The notes beneath the pieces were generated by a model. It was given only the letters and a program-made list of their open reading frames with translations. It did no database searches and was not told the origin of the DNA. A DNA stretch of 64,000 nt, taken from Eledone cirrhosa (Eukaryota). Positions 40,022-53,645 of the stretch are shown here, one piece after another. Both the position numbers and the translations under genes were made by a program. The stretch spans positions 14,756,001 through 14,820,000 of the forward strand of contig OZ024746.1 in NCBI GenBank assembly GCA_964016885.1, read 5' to 3'. Positions within the stretch are counted from its first letter, which is position 1. Every line of letters starts with the position of its first letter.

Positions 40022-40212
40022 GGGCGGTGGATTGGCAGTATCAGTAGAGGGTCGGACGCCATGCTTTCCAGCATAGTTACGTCCCTTTACGATCTGAGTT
40101 CAAATCCCGCCGAGGTTGACTTTGCCTTTCATCCTTACGGGGTCAATAAAATAAAGTACCAGTAATGCACTGAGTAATTGCTGGCCTTGTGCCTAAAGTA
40201 GAGATAATTATT
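40022..40212 (+). mobile_element. young tRNA-derived SINE (family A)
   Basis: Near-identical to 38270-38460. Confidence 0.85.
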
Positions 40213-40444
40213 TTATGAACCACAAAAGTTGACCTTGGTAGAGTCAAAGAAAGAAAAAAAATAATGAAATAATTTAAATAAAAAGTTAAGCGATAAAAGT
40301 GTGTATGTAGGAGGGAAGTTTAACCACACATACACACATATATATATACACAACAATATTATATACATGTGTGTGAGAGAGAAAAAATAGTATGACAGAG
40401 AGAGAGGGGGATACTATGTATTGTAACTACACAAATGAAAAGAA

Positions 40445-40568
40445 GTCAGTAGCTGTGTAGTTGCTGTTGTGCTGAATTCCAACGAGAGTTATCTTTCTCT
40501 GTTTATCTTCACTTCTTCAGCATCCTACCATCATATGACGCATAGCAGCGCGGAGACTGACTGTAAAG
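40445..40568 (+). other. putative non-coding first exon of an unidentified gene
   Basis: Unique, CpG-containing sequence ending in a strong AAG/GTAAGA donor. Acceptor TTTCTTTACAG at 40645 would give a 77-nt intron. Confidence 0.3.
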
Positions 40569-40752
40569 GTAAGATTAAAAAAACAACAACATTGTCTTTT
40601 ATTTTGGGGGATTTTATTGTTAAAGATTTATTCTTTTCTTTACAGCTATTCACCTAAATGAGAATAATTCCAGAATACATATTTCTTCCATATTTCTATA
40701 ATTGTATTGCTTTAACTGGTAGTTAAATGAGATGGTTTGTTAATAATATCTA

Positions 40753-40799
<47 letters not shown>

Positions 40800-40800
<1 letters not shown>

Positions 40801-41002
40801 GCTTTATTGTATAAATGATATCTCCAAGACTAGAACTGTTTCATTCGTAAGAAATAATCAGACTTTCCTGATGATTTCTTACGAATGAAACCGTTCTAGT
40901 CACGTAGAAGTCATTTCTATGATAAAATAAATATACCTATACTCTACTAACGTATTGAGTACGTTTTTTGACAGTGTTCACCTCCCGTTTTACATCGGAA
41001 AT

Positions 41003-41005
<3 letters not shown>
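40800..41005. mobile_element. Penelope pLTR-like element with inverted hammerhead-like motifs in (TA)n
   Basis: 40828-40861 inverts 40868-40901 (CTGATGA TTTCTTACGAAT GAAAC.GTTC TAGTC). Followed by AATAAA and ACTCTACTAACGTATTGAGTAC; (TA)n on both sides. Confidence 0.6.
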
Positions 41006-41044
<39 letters not shown>

Positions 41045-42199
41045 TGTCTCTGTTTTGTTGTACTTTCTCTCAGACCCATTTCTTGTTAGAAGTACTTAAT
41101 AATAACTACTTGTTTGCCGTTTCTATTATCATTTATCACACTTTATATCAAAATATAGAATCTTAGATATATTTTTGAATTTAAAATTCAGTACGATTTT
41201 CTCATCTATTTTTCATATCTTCTAATTTTGAATATTGCTATTGTCAAATATTTGCTTTCACAATTTAAGTATATTTTTGAACACGTAGAATTTGTATACG
41301 TGTTTCAATATATATATATATAAAGGAAAATATAGCGATGCATATATTATATATTGTATAGTATATAGGTTTCAATATATATATATAACGGAATGTATAG
41401 CGATATATATAATATACTGCTGTATATGTTTTTATATATAAAGGAAGATATACTGTTATATATATATATATATATAATTGTTTCTACGTTAGGCATAATA
41501 TTGTGGTTTTATTTTAAAAGGTGAAAGGGTTCCTGGCCAATAAAGCGACATACTTAAAATAGTTCTTGAATGATTTATTAATATCCAGAACCAACAGATC
41601 GATAGTTTTTATCTGGTGTTCACGTGGATGCTAGTTCGTCACTCAACCATTTACGTCAATCTACTTACAGAATGGAAGGCCAGAATTTATAAGATCAGTC
41701 AGTGTTAATTACGTTTAGATTTTATAGTGCTATCACTGTATTTATAACATACATTATATATAAATAAACGCTATTATTATTGTTATTAACTGTTATTTAT
41801 TAAATTGATCTAAATTTCTAAATATATCCCAGCTCCTTTTCAGTGTTTAGTTCAATAATTTTCTGTTGCTAACATTGTTTATATATCATACATTATATAT
41901 GACGATTTCTTACGAATGAAACTGTTCTAGTCATGCAGAAATCATTTATATAATAAAATAAAGATGCCTATACTCTACTAACGTATTGAATACCTTTTTT
42001 TTCACTGTGGTCATCTCCCGATTTACATCCGGATTCCACATATTTTACACACACATATACTCCTCTTCCATCAAGCGTGAAACTAATACACTTCATGGTT
42101 ATTGCATCCTCTTGTTTGTTCGTTTTTTGTTTCATTGATATATATATATATTTTAATATAGAAGAGCTGTTACAAGACATAAACTATTTCATTCGTGAG

Positions 42200-42256
<57 letters not shown>

Positions 42257-44647
42257 AAGTAAGGGAATATATTTTATAAATTAAAACCTCATATCGTAAC
42301 CAAATTATTGATTGTTATCCAACAAGCAAATGATGTGTTGAATTATATAAATGTTTATTATTGACAAAAGAAACACCAACTAAACGACATACTCTCTTAG
42401 TTCAGTCTGTACAGAAATAATAATGGTTTCTGATTTAGGCACAAGGCCAGCAATGTTGGGGGGGAGGGGAAAGTCGATTAATTCAACCTCAGTGCGTTAC
42501 TGGTACTTTATTTTATCTATTCCATAAGGATGAAAGGTTATGTACAAAAACGATAATTAAATATATATGGTTTCAGTTTTATATTGTATAAATTTGGTTT
42601 AACTTATACATATATTTTTCATTTGTTACTAAATTAAGAAAGGTTGGTTTAGAATAACCAGTGTCATGTATTTATTTCGTTTATCTTTTGTTTTATTTTG
42701 TATCAAAAAGTTATTGTATGATAATGGAGTATGTAGATATGTCTGCGCGTATGTTTATATAGAGATACACACGCACATACATATATCTATGTACACATAT
42801 ACATTATATATATATGGATTGTAGGTAAAAAAAAAAGGTACTCAACACGTTAGCAGTGTATAGGCATGTTCATTTTATTATAGAAATATATATTCCTCGT
42901 TTAATAGATAATTGATCCTTGTTTCAAACGAAAGTCAAAAATAAGTTACAGAAGATCTCACGGATAACTAAAAATGTCCCTGGGAGCTTTCACAATCTTA
43001 GGATATACGAGTCTAATATCTTAATTATTTTATTTTTTGTTATATATTTCATAAGTTTCTCTAATTCAAATTCTAACCACACCACCACTATCATCATCAT
43101 CATTGTTAAACGAACGTCTGTAGTTTTCATAGCCGCCCCTCTCTCTCAGTGAATAGACAAGTCTAACTATTGATGAATACAACAAGTAATTGCATATATA
43201 TTTATATATAGCACTGTATTTGGGATTAGTCATTTGTTCTGCTCAGTGCTACAACTAAAAGTAAATCTGTCTTGGCACGCAGTCTTGATGCTGTTGTTGT
43301 ATAGGCTGCAGTCGTAGTAAGTGGCACCTCATCCTTCATAAAGCGAGAATATTTCACTAAAATCTGGTTTGGGGGCGAATCTATATAAATCGTAAAAAAA
43401 AAAAAAAAAATGAAAGAAAAATCCATACTAGGTAAAATAAATACAATGAATGAATCATCATTGAGAGAGAGAAGTTGATCTTCCAATCTGGTCAAAATGA
43501 TTGTTGACGTCTGGTGATTGGAATACATCGTATTTCTCCAGACGGATAGAATAATGTAAAATGTTGAATGTCATCAGCTTTGAAAACCCTTCAATAGAAA
43601 AAAGCAAAACAAATATATTTAATAAAAATAAGTATATATATATATGAGAGAGAGATAACGGACAAGTTACGTAAATGTCAAAGCCTGTTGTTTATAAATA
43701 TCTGGGGAATATCGTATTTGTGAGGAACGAATATAATAGTGTGTGTTTCCTATGTACGGGGAGGAGTGAGATGTTGGTATTACAGAAAAACAACCCCCAT
43801 CGATTTCAACAGAAAATAATTTTTTTGTTTGTTTATCCCCCCCCCCCACGTACTATTAAATTTAGCCTGTAATATGCTGCAAAGGACCCCCCTCCCCGGG
43901 ACTGAGGAGGAACTCTCGGACTCCCAAACCTCAAATTTTCTTTATCACCCCCCCCCCCCTCCTCGTTTTTTTTTGTGCTACCAACTAATCTTACCTCCGA
44001 ACATGCTGCAAAGGATTTGTGGGGTTAAGGGGTAAAGAAAACTCTTGGATGGGGCAGGTCCGAGGGTTCTCCATTTCCCCCCTCCGGTTTCCAGGTAAAA
44101 AAGGTCCTTCGCTGCATCTTCGGAAGTAAAATTAGTTAGTAGCACGCGAAAAACCTGAGGGAAAATGAAATGGTAAAGAAAACACCGGAGGGTGGGTGAA
44201 AAGAATAAACAGACAGATAGATCGACAGCTGGGTAGATAGTCAGTCATGTAGGTATGTAGACAGATGTCTATAGAGAGATAATCAATTAGATAGATAGGA
44301 ATAAATAAATAGACAAAGAGATAATCAAATAGGCAGAGCTAGATAGCTTGATAGGTATGTAATTAGATAGGTATATGTAGAAAGATAAATAGCTAGATAG
44401 ACAGATAGCTATATAGCTAGACAAACAGATAGGTAGGTGTATAGATAGATAAATAAACAAATTAGTATATGTTGAGAGAGATGACATGAAAGTAGAGATC
44501 CAAAACTCAGTTTCTAACAAACCAGCTTTCAAATTCCTAGCAAAAATTTAAATAAATGAAAAATAAATAGTTTAAAATTGATTGGATTGAAAATTACCCA
44601 GAAATGTTATATGAGGCTAATCGGTTAATTAAAACATTCATTATCAA

Positions 44648-45263
44648 TACTAGCAGAAAAACCACCCTTTCGGGTGTGTAGTGTGTATATTGATATTATA
44701 CGCAAGTATATATACATGTAGATATGATACATCAAATAAAATCGTAATTGACAATATACACAGAAATTGAACGAAGACTGTGTTACACTGTCTTATGTAA
44801 TCAGTAACGTAATCCATGATACATTAAAAAAAGACAATATTATATATAAACTGCATTAGGAGAAAATTAGTATGTTTATTTAAGTGATCGCCACCGGAAG
44901 TGTTGACATCACACACTCTCTCTTTCTATATATATGGTAGTTGAAGTGGTGGGGGCAACAATATACCGGAAGTGCAACTTTGAAAAGAAGTCAATTTTAA
45001 ATTATTTATTTTTACGAAATTATTTTTGTTTACGAAATTTAGTAGATAAATTATGTAATCATTCTCCCGCCGAGGTTAACTTTGCCTTTCATCCTTACGG
45101 GGTCGATAAAATAAAGTACCAGTAATGCACTGAGTAATTGCTGGCCTTGTGCCAAAAGTAGAAACAATTATTTATTCAAAGTAATCCAACTTATTTTACT
45201 AACGGGATTAAAAAAATAAACTGTACACAGTGCCGCAGACCTTCCTTTATTATAGTTTAGATA
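44648..45263 (+). mobile_element. possible Helitron/HINE-like non-autonomous element with nested SINE fragment (45064-45172)
   Basis: Starts TACTAGC...ACCC TTTC GGGT hairpin and ends CCTTTATTATAGTTTAGAT. Confidence 0.35.
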
Positions 45264-45524
45264 TAGTGGAGTCTTTGTTTTTTTAATTTTCAGTAATCTA
45301 ATTATAAAGATCAATTTGTGCACATAAAGTCATTAATTATATCTGTTAGCTGGAAAAAAGCTGTTACATGAGAAAACCTGCTGTTGTTACCTGAACAAAT
45401 CTAACTTTTGATGTCATTTTATTAAAATATATTACACTGAAATATTTTAACAAAAAAAAAATCAACATAGTCAGTAATAATGTATATTGATAACTGGATA
45501 ACACAGATATCTGAATGTCCAATC

Positions 45525-45735
45525 TGATCTAGGGTCTTCTCACTCCTGATGGAGAAACACCTCCCTAGTTGACCTCTATCCAATCTAATCCCTTCTCACT
45601 CCTGCTGGAGGAACCTCTCCCTGATTGACCTCTATCCAATCCAATCTAATCTCTTCTCACTCTTGCTGGAGGAACCCCTCCCTGGTTGATCTCAATCCAA
45701 TCTAATCCCTTCTCACTCTTGTTGGAGGAACCCAG
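45525..45735. repeat. ~56-61-bp tandem repeat, ~4 copies
   Basis: CTTCTCACTCCTGCTGGAGGAACC...TTGACCTCTATCCAATCTAATC repeated. Confidence 0.85.
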
Positions 45736-46565
45736 GTTAATTATTTTAAATATTTTTCATTATAAGTATTTAATGTAGAATAATGAAATAATTTTCACTT
45801 GTGATATAAGGAACCACCAAAAAAATCAGATGTTTTTTACTACAATAACATTAATTGTTTAATCCTGAGATATAAATACCTCTTTTGTTAAGTCACAATA
45901 GGCTTAGAAATTCAACATAATGTATTCTATATGAATGAATTGGTATTCTATGGTCCTGTAACCTCTGATGGAGTTGTAGGGGCGCTGTATTGACATATGC
46001 CATTTCTTGGGCATTTTAAGCCTGGGGGAACCCATCCCTCTCCAGGTCTGGAAATGAATTAGAACTGTGGAAATAACACAAAGATTGTACTAAGCAAGAA
46101 TTGATAAGGAAAAGAAAAGTGGTTAATGTTAGGAAAGATATCCAGCGATAGAAACCACACCAAATATAGAACATACAAGTTAGTGTTGGTGCCATGGTGG
46201 AATATACTCAGTCTACCCTGTAAGGTGGTAGTGCCGGAGTCTCAATAAAATGCTCCCAGTACGCCCTGTAAAGTGGTAGTGCTGGAATCACGATAAAATG
46301 CACCAAGTATACCCTGTAATGTGGTAGTGCTGGAATCGCAATAAAATGTACCCAGTACACTATAAAGTGCTGGCATTAGGAACCATCCAATAAATGCCAG
46401 CATAGAAAGCAGACAGGATGAAGCTGGTAATGACAAATGAATACCTCCTACAAGATACAACCTCACAGAAGGTCTTCATAGATAAATCTACCAAGGTATG
46501 AGCTGTAAATTTCATTTCATTTCTTATATATATATTTTTTCTTGTTGTTTCAGTTTGAATGAGTT

Positions 46566-46702
46566 ATGATGGAAACCAGCGTCGTTGCCGTATCCAGGGG
46601 GCCTGGTCCACCGGCCCTGCCCAGGAGCAGACTGAAACACAAAGGTTATGGGCAGGTCCTGCGGCCTCTCGACCATACTATGTTATACAAAATGTCTCGC
46701 AT
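46566..46702 (+). CDS. putative first coding exon of an unidentified gene
   Basis: Strong acceptor TTTTTCTTGTTGTTTCAG (46553); GC-rich unique frame MMETSVVAVSRGPGPPALPRSRLKHKGYGQVLRPLDHTMLYKMSR; GTATGT donor at 46703. No homologue recognised. Confidence 0.4.
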
Positions 46703-48554
46703 GTATGTATAGTTTTCTACATATTATTCCTAATGGAAGCCTTCTCTCAAATTATATACATATCATTACACATTATATACACAAATATCATTACACACAT
46801 TATATACATATACACATCATTACATATATATCATTACACACATTATATACACAAATATTACACATTATACTCACAAATATCATTACATTCACATCATTAC
46901 ATATATATCATTACATATGTATTATTACATATATATATCATTACATATATATATATAATTTTTACACACAGCAGATGACTTCTAAATCATGACACATATA
47001 TCATTATACACCATTACACATGTCATTATACACTCATTACACATATACACTCATTACACAGATATCATTACACACACAGTAGGTTTCTCAAATTGTTCAG
47101 ATTTTCATCATCATCATTATTTAACATCCAACTATTTTCCTGCTAGCAAGGATTAGATGGGTGGTGGGGGTGGAAGACTAGGAAGTATGTTGTGGGTAAG
47201 GGGGAGAGGTGAGGATGATAAGTATAATGTCATGGGTGTGGTGGTGGGATGAGGTGAGATAGTATATAGGTGTATAGTAGGTGTGTGTGTGTGTGTGGGG
47301 GGGGGGGGGGGGTTGACAAGGTGATGAGATAGGAACCAGTGGAGGTGAGGATGGTGCAGAGTACAGTGATGATGTTAAGGAGTTATGACTGGTACTCTCT
47401 ACAACTGGGGGTGCTAGTGCTATGATAAAATGCAGCCAGTTCAATCTATATAGTGGTTGGCATTGGGAAGGACATCTAGCCATAGAACCCATTCCAAACT
47501 GGAATTTATGAGCAGGACATGGTCATATAACTTGTCTAGTTTCAGAATATGACATCCTATCCAACCCATGCTAGTGTGGAAAATGGATATACATCAGTGA
47601 TAATGTAGATGATGATGATGATATATATTATGTATATATGTGCATGTTTTTTTTTTCATTAGCGCCTACGCCCTCCCTTGCTGCACACCTAAAAACAGCT
47701 TTGCGGCCCTTGTATAAGGAAAGGCACTTGTGTCTTTGGTGTAAATAGACTTCATAAATCTGTTGAAATGGACTCCTTGTAGTGCTGGGAGATTTATTTC
47801 TACTGTGCTGCATCTTAATGTTAATATGGTTGTATCTTTTGGTTCTTCTTTTAATTTCTTGACACCTGATGTTTCTCCTATGATGAATATATTGCTGACA
47901 TACCAGATGTATGTCTTACATCGATGTATCACTACCATTCTGTTTTCACTCGGCATTAAACATAACTAAATAAAACCTTAGTAGACAACACATAAATCAT
48001 GTACAAATTTTCTCACATAAATATATTACTAACGATGGCTGTAGTCGCACCCCTCCCCATCAGTCATGAATTACCTTGGGTTTGTACCTAGAAAAGTTCC
48101 CCTCTGAGGTACACACCTAGGCAAGGTGTTTTTATGAAAGATCAACATGCCACCGATGTTGTCCAAGGGAAAGGTATAGGCCGAAACAGCTTGGCAGCAA
48201 TGACATCGCAGCTAAGTTTTCCAGCTGATTGTACTGGAGCAATGTGAAATAAAGTGTCTTGCTCAAGGATATAACACACCACCCAATCCGGGAATCAAAC
48301 TCACAACCTTATGATGATTGTGATCCAGTGCTCTAACCATTAAGCCACACACCTAATAATGGATGTAATGCTCATGAAACAGCACAATACTAGAATATAT
48401 CACAACATCCACTGATTATGTACACATCTAATGGTCAAGTATTTAGATTCTGGTGGGAATCTTCTACACCAGGGATTCCTTAACGTTTTAAACCATTGAC
48501 CACTTCATGAAATCCTTGTCCCCCACATTCTTCTCTTCATGAAATCCTTGAAAA

Positions 48555-48792
48555 CCTTGTTCCCTTCATTCACCCTTGACCCCCCCTCTCATTGTTCCCT
48601 TCATTCACCCTTGACCCCCCTCTCATTGTTCCCTTCATTCACCCTTGACCTCCCCTCCCATTGTTCCCTTCATTCACCCTTGACCTCCCCTCATTGTCCT
48701 TTCATTCATCCTTTAACCCCCCTCTCATTGTCCTTTCATTCATCCTTTAACCCCCCTCCCATTGTTCCCTTCATTCATCCCTTGACCCCCAG
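48555..48792. repeat. ~32-bp pyrimidine-rich minisatellite
   Basis: CATTGTTCCCTTCATTCACCCTTGACCCCCCTCT repeated ~7 times. Confidence 0.9.
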
Positions 48793-49351
48793 GTGTTTAC
48801 AACAATAAATAAATAAATCACTAAACACAATATAAAATCAATAGTCAATAATTATAGATAAATCAGGAACCTGTAGAAGTAAATTGTGTTGTGTTTTATT
48901 TTTTTTATATATTTTGATTTTTTATATAAATATCAGATTTTGACCCAAAAATTCAATTGATCACCCTTCCCTGTTTCTTGAGTAGATTTACAAACTCCCG
49001 GGGTTGATATCAACCGAATTTGGGACCCCAGGACTATACCATCAACATTGACCTTGCCTACAATAAATAATTCAGTTGACCTCTTCCCCTCCAGAGGCTG
49101 GTATTTACATATTTGAACCCCAGAACTATACTATTTAACCTTGTCTACTATAAAGAATTTGATTGACTTTCCTCACCCCAGGGACTGATATTACATACCC
49201 TGGCCCCCTGTTCTACACTATATAACTCCAGTGACCTTGCTATAAAGAGGCCAACATCACTCCATTCTGAAGAAGAAACTGTTAAAGTCTTGAAATGTTT
49301 ACTGTTCCAAACAAATTGTAATAGGTAATAGGTGTTAATATGGCTGTGAGT

Positions 49352-49566
49352 TTAACCCTTTAGTTACCAACCTGCCCAATATCAGCTCTGGTGCTATGAA
49401 ATAAAACCATCCATTTTAAATGTTTCCAATTTATATTAAAATCTTCCAACTTAATTTTATATAAGAACCTTACATTCAGTTACTATCTTAGTAATGAAAT
49501 AATTAATAATTTTAGTAAATCCCTCGAAATTCTTCATTATTAGAAATACAGTCATGAAAGGGTTAA
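49352..49566. mobile_element. TTAA piggyBac-like MITE inserted in a SINE head
   Basis: TTAACCCTTT...AAAGGGTTAA termini. The flanks rejoin as a TGGCTGTG..TTAAG...GGGTTC SINE head. Confidence 0.7.
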
Positions 49567-50204
49567 GGCTTTCGCTTTAGGACCATCTGGTCTTGGGTTC
49601 TAACCCAGTACCATGGCACTTTAGACAAGTGTCTTCAGCTAAAATCTCTGACTAATATCTTCGTAAATAAATTTACTTGATGAAAACTGTATATGCTGCT
49701 GTTTTTATATGTTTGTATGTACGCGTGTGTTTATATGTTTGTGTATTTGTGTGTGTTTATCAGTGTATATGCATGTGTTTGTGTGTTTATATGTATTTGT
49801 GTGTATGTGTTTGTGCATTTGTTTATGCATTTGTGTGTATGCCAGTCGTCCAAACTTGTTTATAAAACCTGTAGTGAGAGTTGTGTATGTCCTCCATAAA
49901 CAATACTGAATCTCCTCGAGAATCACGTTAACGGTACTCATTGTCTGTGGAATACTCAACCACTTACACATTAATTCCATGAGCTGTCTGTTCCGTTGAT
50001 CAAACAACTGAAACAATAATCGTCGAAACCGACGGAGTTACATTCCATCAAAAGCACCTAGATATCGAGTTATCTCCCGTTACTCATGTGTCCTCTAACC
50101 TGCGAAATCAGTAGCTAAGTGTCTGCGCCAATGATTTATCACATTTGTGTTATGTCCATCTGTCTGTCATATGAACGCTATCAGCTTACATAATGAGTAT
50201 TATT

Positions 50205-50525
50205 ATAGATCCCCCCCACTGATTTCAGTGGGAAATAATTTCCCCCCCCCCCCCCCGTGTGCTATCAATTAAACTTGTCCCCTAATATACTGCAAAAGCC
50301 GTTTTTGGCCAGAAAGGGGACTTTTCATCCCTCTAACCCAAGGTTAGGGTAAGGATTAGGGAGTAAAGAAAACTCTGGGGTGAGTGAAAAGTCCAAGGGT
50401 TCACCCTCTCTCCTTCCATTTCCTTTCCAGTATATTAGGGGTTAGGTTTAATTGATAACACATGAAATAAAAAAATATATATATCATTCTCCACTAAAAT
50501 CGGGGATGTGGTGTGTTTTTCTAAT
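50205..50525. mobile_element. MITE-like element with long imperfect inverted repeats (related copy ~43780-44200)
   Basis: TATCAATTAAAC...CCCCTAATATACTG (50263-50292) is inverted at 50428-50456. Shares AAAGAAAACTCT...GGTCC.AGGGTTC with 44035-44070. Confidence 0.55.
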
Positions 50526-51259
50526 AATTTACCCCAAATGATTCTAAAGTTTTTCAGAATTTATGCCTGTATGTATATTATATATATATGTATATATATG
50601 TGTGTGTGTGTGTGTGTATTTCTCTCAGGAACTGTTGAAAATTCACGTACACAAAACATACGTTCAATGTATTTCCTATCTCAGTCATGTTAGTACTTGT
50701 CCCTATAAATAGTTTTCTTCTAACCTTACTCATATATTTAATCCTGTATTTCATTTATGCTGAATATTTATGTAATTATATACTAGAAAAATATTAATAA
50801 AATATCATTCATATTTTAACCACTTTCACATGTCAGTAATCAACATGAACTATAGGGTTTCTCTTATGCAAACGATAAATTTATCAAAACGTAAATTTTT
50901 TCAATTTGGATTATTGTTAATGTATTCAGTAATCCTGGTATATATGGTATACCAATTCTGGACTAAAAAAATTAAATACATTCAATGTTATTGCCATCAT
51001 TATTGATGGCACTGGTCCATTACTATATATATATATATATAATATATATATACACACACACACACAACCAAAAGGTTGTTGTGGTGCCATACCAACATGG
51101 CTGCAGTTGAATGACTGACTCTAGTAAAAGAAATAAAATGCATGTGGTAATGTAGGTATGAATAATTACTTGATAGCAATATTGATTCCATTTGATGAGA
51201 ATGGAGGTCAGTGTTACTATAGCAATACAACTGATTACATATATATATATATATATATA

Positions 51260-51565
51260 TATACCCTATCCTCCCACTCCCCCCAACAGCATGAGAAAAT
51301 AAGATCGAGTTCGTGTAGGTGTCACGACAAAAAAAAAACACACAGTCCACGCTGTAATGTGGTCGTTTAGGTAACACGGTAAAAAGTTCCCAGTTCCACA
51401 CTGTAAATGTGGTTGGTGTTAGGAAAGGCATCCAGCCGTAGAAAACCTGCCAGATAGACCTATATGAGCGAGACACAGTCACCCAACTAGCCTTGCCTCA
51501 AGTGGGACAACTCCCGTCTAACCCATGCAAGCGTGGAAAATGGACGTTAAACGAAGATGATGATA
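51260..51565 (+). mobile_element. SINE with RTE-type tail (family B)
   Basis: Matches 22900-23270. Confidence 0.8.
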
Positions 51566-53349
51566 TATATATATATAAAGTTAAAACAATGAAATAAAAA
51601 ATCAAGTCATTAGAGATATACTTCACTGCTTTACGATCGTTTCTAGGTGATGATAATACATTGTAGCTATACTCCAATTAATGTACATATAAACACACAT
51701 ATATATATATATAAACATTAACATTGATGAAGGAACACTAGGAATGGAGAGAGGCTGTGCTGGAAAGGACCCACCCAGTGCTGATGTAAATATATATATA
51801 TTATATGTAGTATATATATATATTGTGTGTGTAATGATTGCTGATAATCTACCATGTCTGTAGTATTTATATATTAATTATCTTTATAGTTTACTTAGAA
51901 AGGAAGGGTCATTACCTATAACCTATTTTAAGGTCCTCTGAGTCTGCTGGGCACTAGAGAGGGAGGAAAATATCCTCAAACCAAGCAGCTGGTCTTATTG
52001 CTTACAGCAGTGTGAACCTTGCTCATGGCATCTAAAAACCCTTTCAAATTTTATTCTGTTAGTTTCTACCCTCACACATCTCACCTATGCTTCTTGCTTT
52101 CCTGACCACTATAATTTATAAAAATTCAAAAACATCAATTATCATCTCTTTCCTTGTATTATGTTATCTCCAATTTTTTCCTTCTCTTTTCCTTGCATTT
52201 ACTGGCTTTATTGCCTTGCTTAAATGAGCAAAGAAAAAATGTATTCCTAATAAAAGACGCTAGCTATAATTTTCAAATAATTTTGGATAAAATTGAGAAT
52301 TTAGAGACTTCCTTATTTAAGTTGGTGGTTAGAACATAACTTAAAGACTCTTATATAGAATTATGATGGAAGATTTTTATATAAATATTAACACTATAGA
52401 ATAATCGGCTTAGTATCATAGAACCAGGGGCAGTTTCAATTGGTTTGGTATCAATAGATTTAAAGCAATTTCTTTTGTTGGAATAGAGGTTATCCTTGTG
52501 AGTCCCATGACAAGCTTTATCATATTTAATATGGTGAAGCTTTAAGGCTGGATAGTCACCACTTAAGATACACAGGGATAGGGCCTACCTATTCTAAACT
52601 AGATATACATAGGGATATGCTGTACCTATTCTAAACCATATATATAAAATTATGATAGCCAACTGAACTTCCTACACCGTAAATGCTCCTATCAACAGTT
52701 TTCCGAGAAATGGTGAAATGAACAGACATGCTTTTTCTTGAAAAACGTTTTTTCTTTCTGCCCTTGCTCGATCTCCTCTATTGGGCCCTATGACAAACTT
52801 CACATTAATTTGGGTGCCTTTTGAGGCAATGCTTTACAGACAGATGCTCTTCTTAGTACCAACTCTTTTAGTTGCCTCTTATGGCAGATACACACTGGAT
52901 ATGTAGAACTAAAAGTTAAACAGATTTAACATTTGTAATAACTCCCTTTATTATAATTTAGTTGGTGGTGAGGTGAGGCAGTGGCCGTGACCTTGACCTT
53001 TTTTAGGTCACTATCTGAGAGTGGTGAGGTTGGAGTTGATGTTCTGTGTAAATATCTGTAGTACAGTTGTGTCCAGGAAGATGGGGATGAGGTCAGTTGT
53101 GTCCATGGTGAGATGAAAAGGATTCTATATGGTTTGCAGTCAAGAAAAGAAAGACTAAAATAATTTAAAAAGAAAAATTAGACAGGATCTGTGAGGGAGA
53201 CTACCATAGCATCACAAGTGGGTGACTCTTGATGCAAATCACCTTTCCAGATCTAATAAAAATCAGAATGCAGTGGACCAAAGGTACTGCCTAAAGTAGA
53301 ATGGTCCACTTCTCTTTTTATTTATTTCTTTACTGTGACATCCAGGTAG

Positions 53350-53645
53350 ATGGGGAGGGGGGACAGTGCTTATCCTTTTCAGGTCCTGTAAGACTGATGA
53401 GAAGGGGGAGGTGCCTATGATCCCTTTTCAGAGCTCCCAAGACTGGTGGGAAGTAGGGCTGTGTCTATGGCCCTTTTCAGGGCTACCAAGACCGGTGGGA
53501 AGTGGGGCTGTGTCTTTGATCTCTTCTAAGATTGCAGAGAAGGAGGGGCTGTGCCTATGATCCCTTTTCAAGGCTCACAAGACTGGTGGGAAGTGGAGCT
53601 GTGTCTATGATCCCTTTTCAGGGCTCCCAAGGCTGGTGGTAGGAA
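53350..53645. repeat. degenerate ~50-bp tandem repeat
   Basis: GACTGGTGGGAAGTGGGGCTGTGTCTATGATCCCTTTTCAGGGCTCCCAA repeated ~5 times. Confidence 0.8.

Noticed and set aside
43226-43381. Minus-strand terminal exon candidate after a poly-T/AG acceptor (FAPKPDFSEIFSLYEG* or SPPNQILVK...)
   Set aside because: No upstream partner exon or recognisable homology found; cannot be supported.
44890-44976. Two ETS-like CCGGAAGTG sites as a promoter
   Set aside because: They lie inside a probable mobile element, and no linked exon is evident.
49266-49305. CTGAAGA...GAAA hammerhead-like string (similar strings at ~25025 and ~43575 minus)
   Set aside because: No convincing stem I or stem III pairing.
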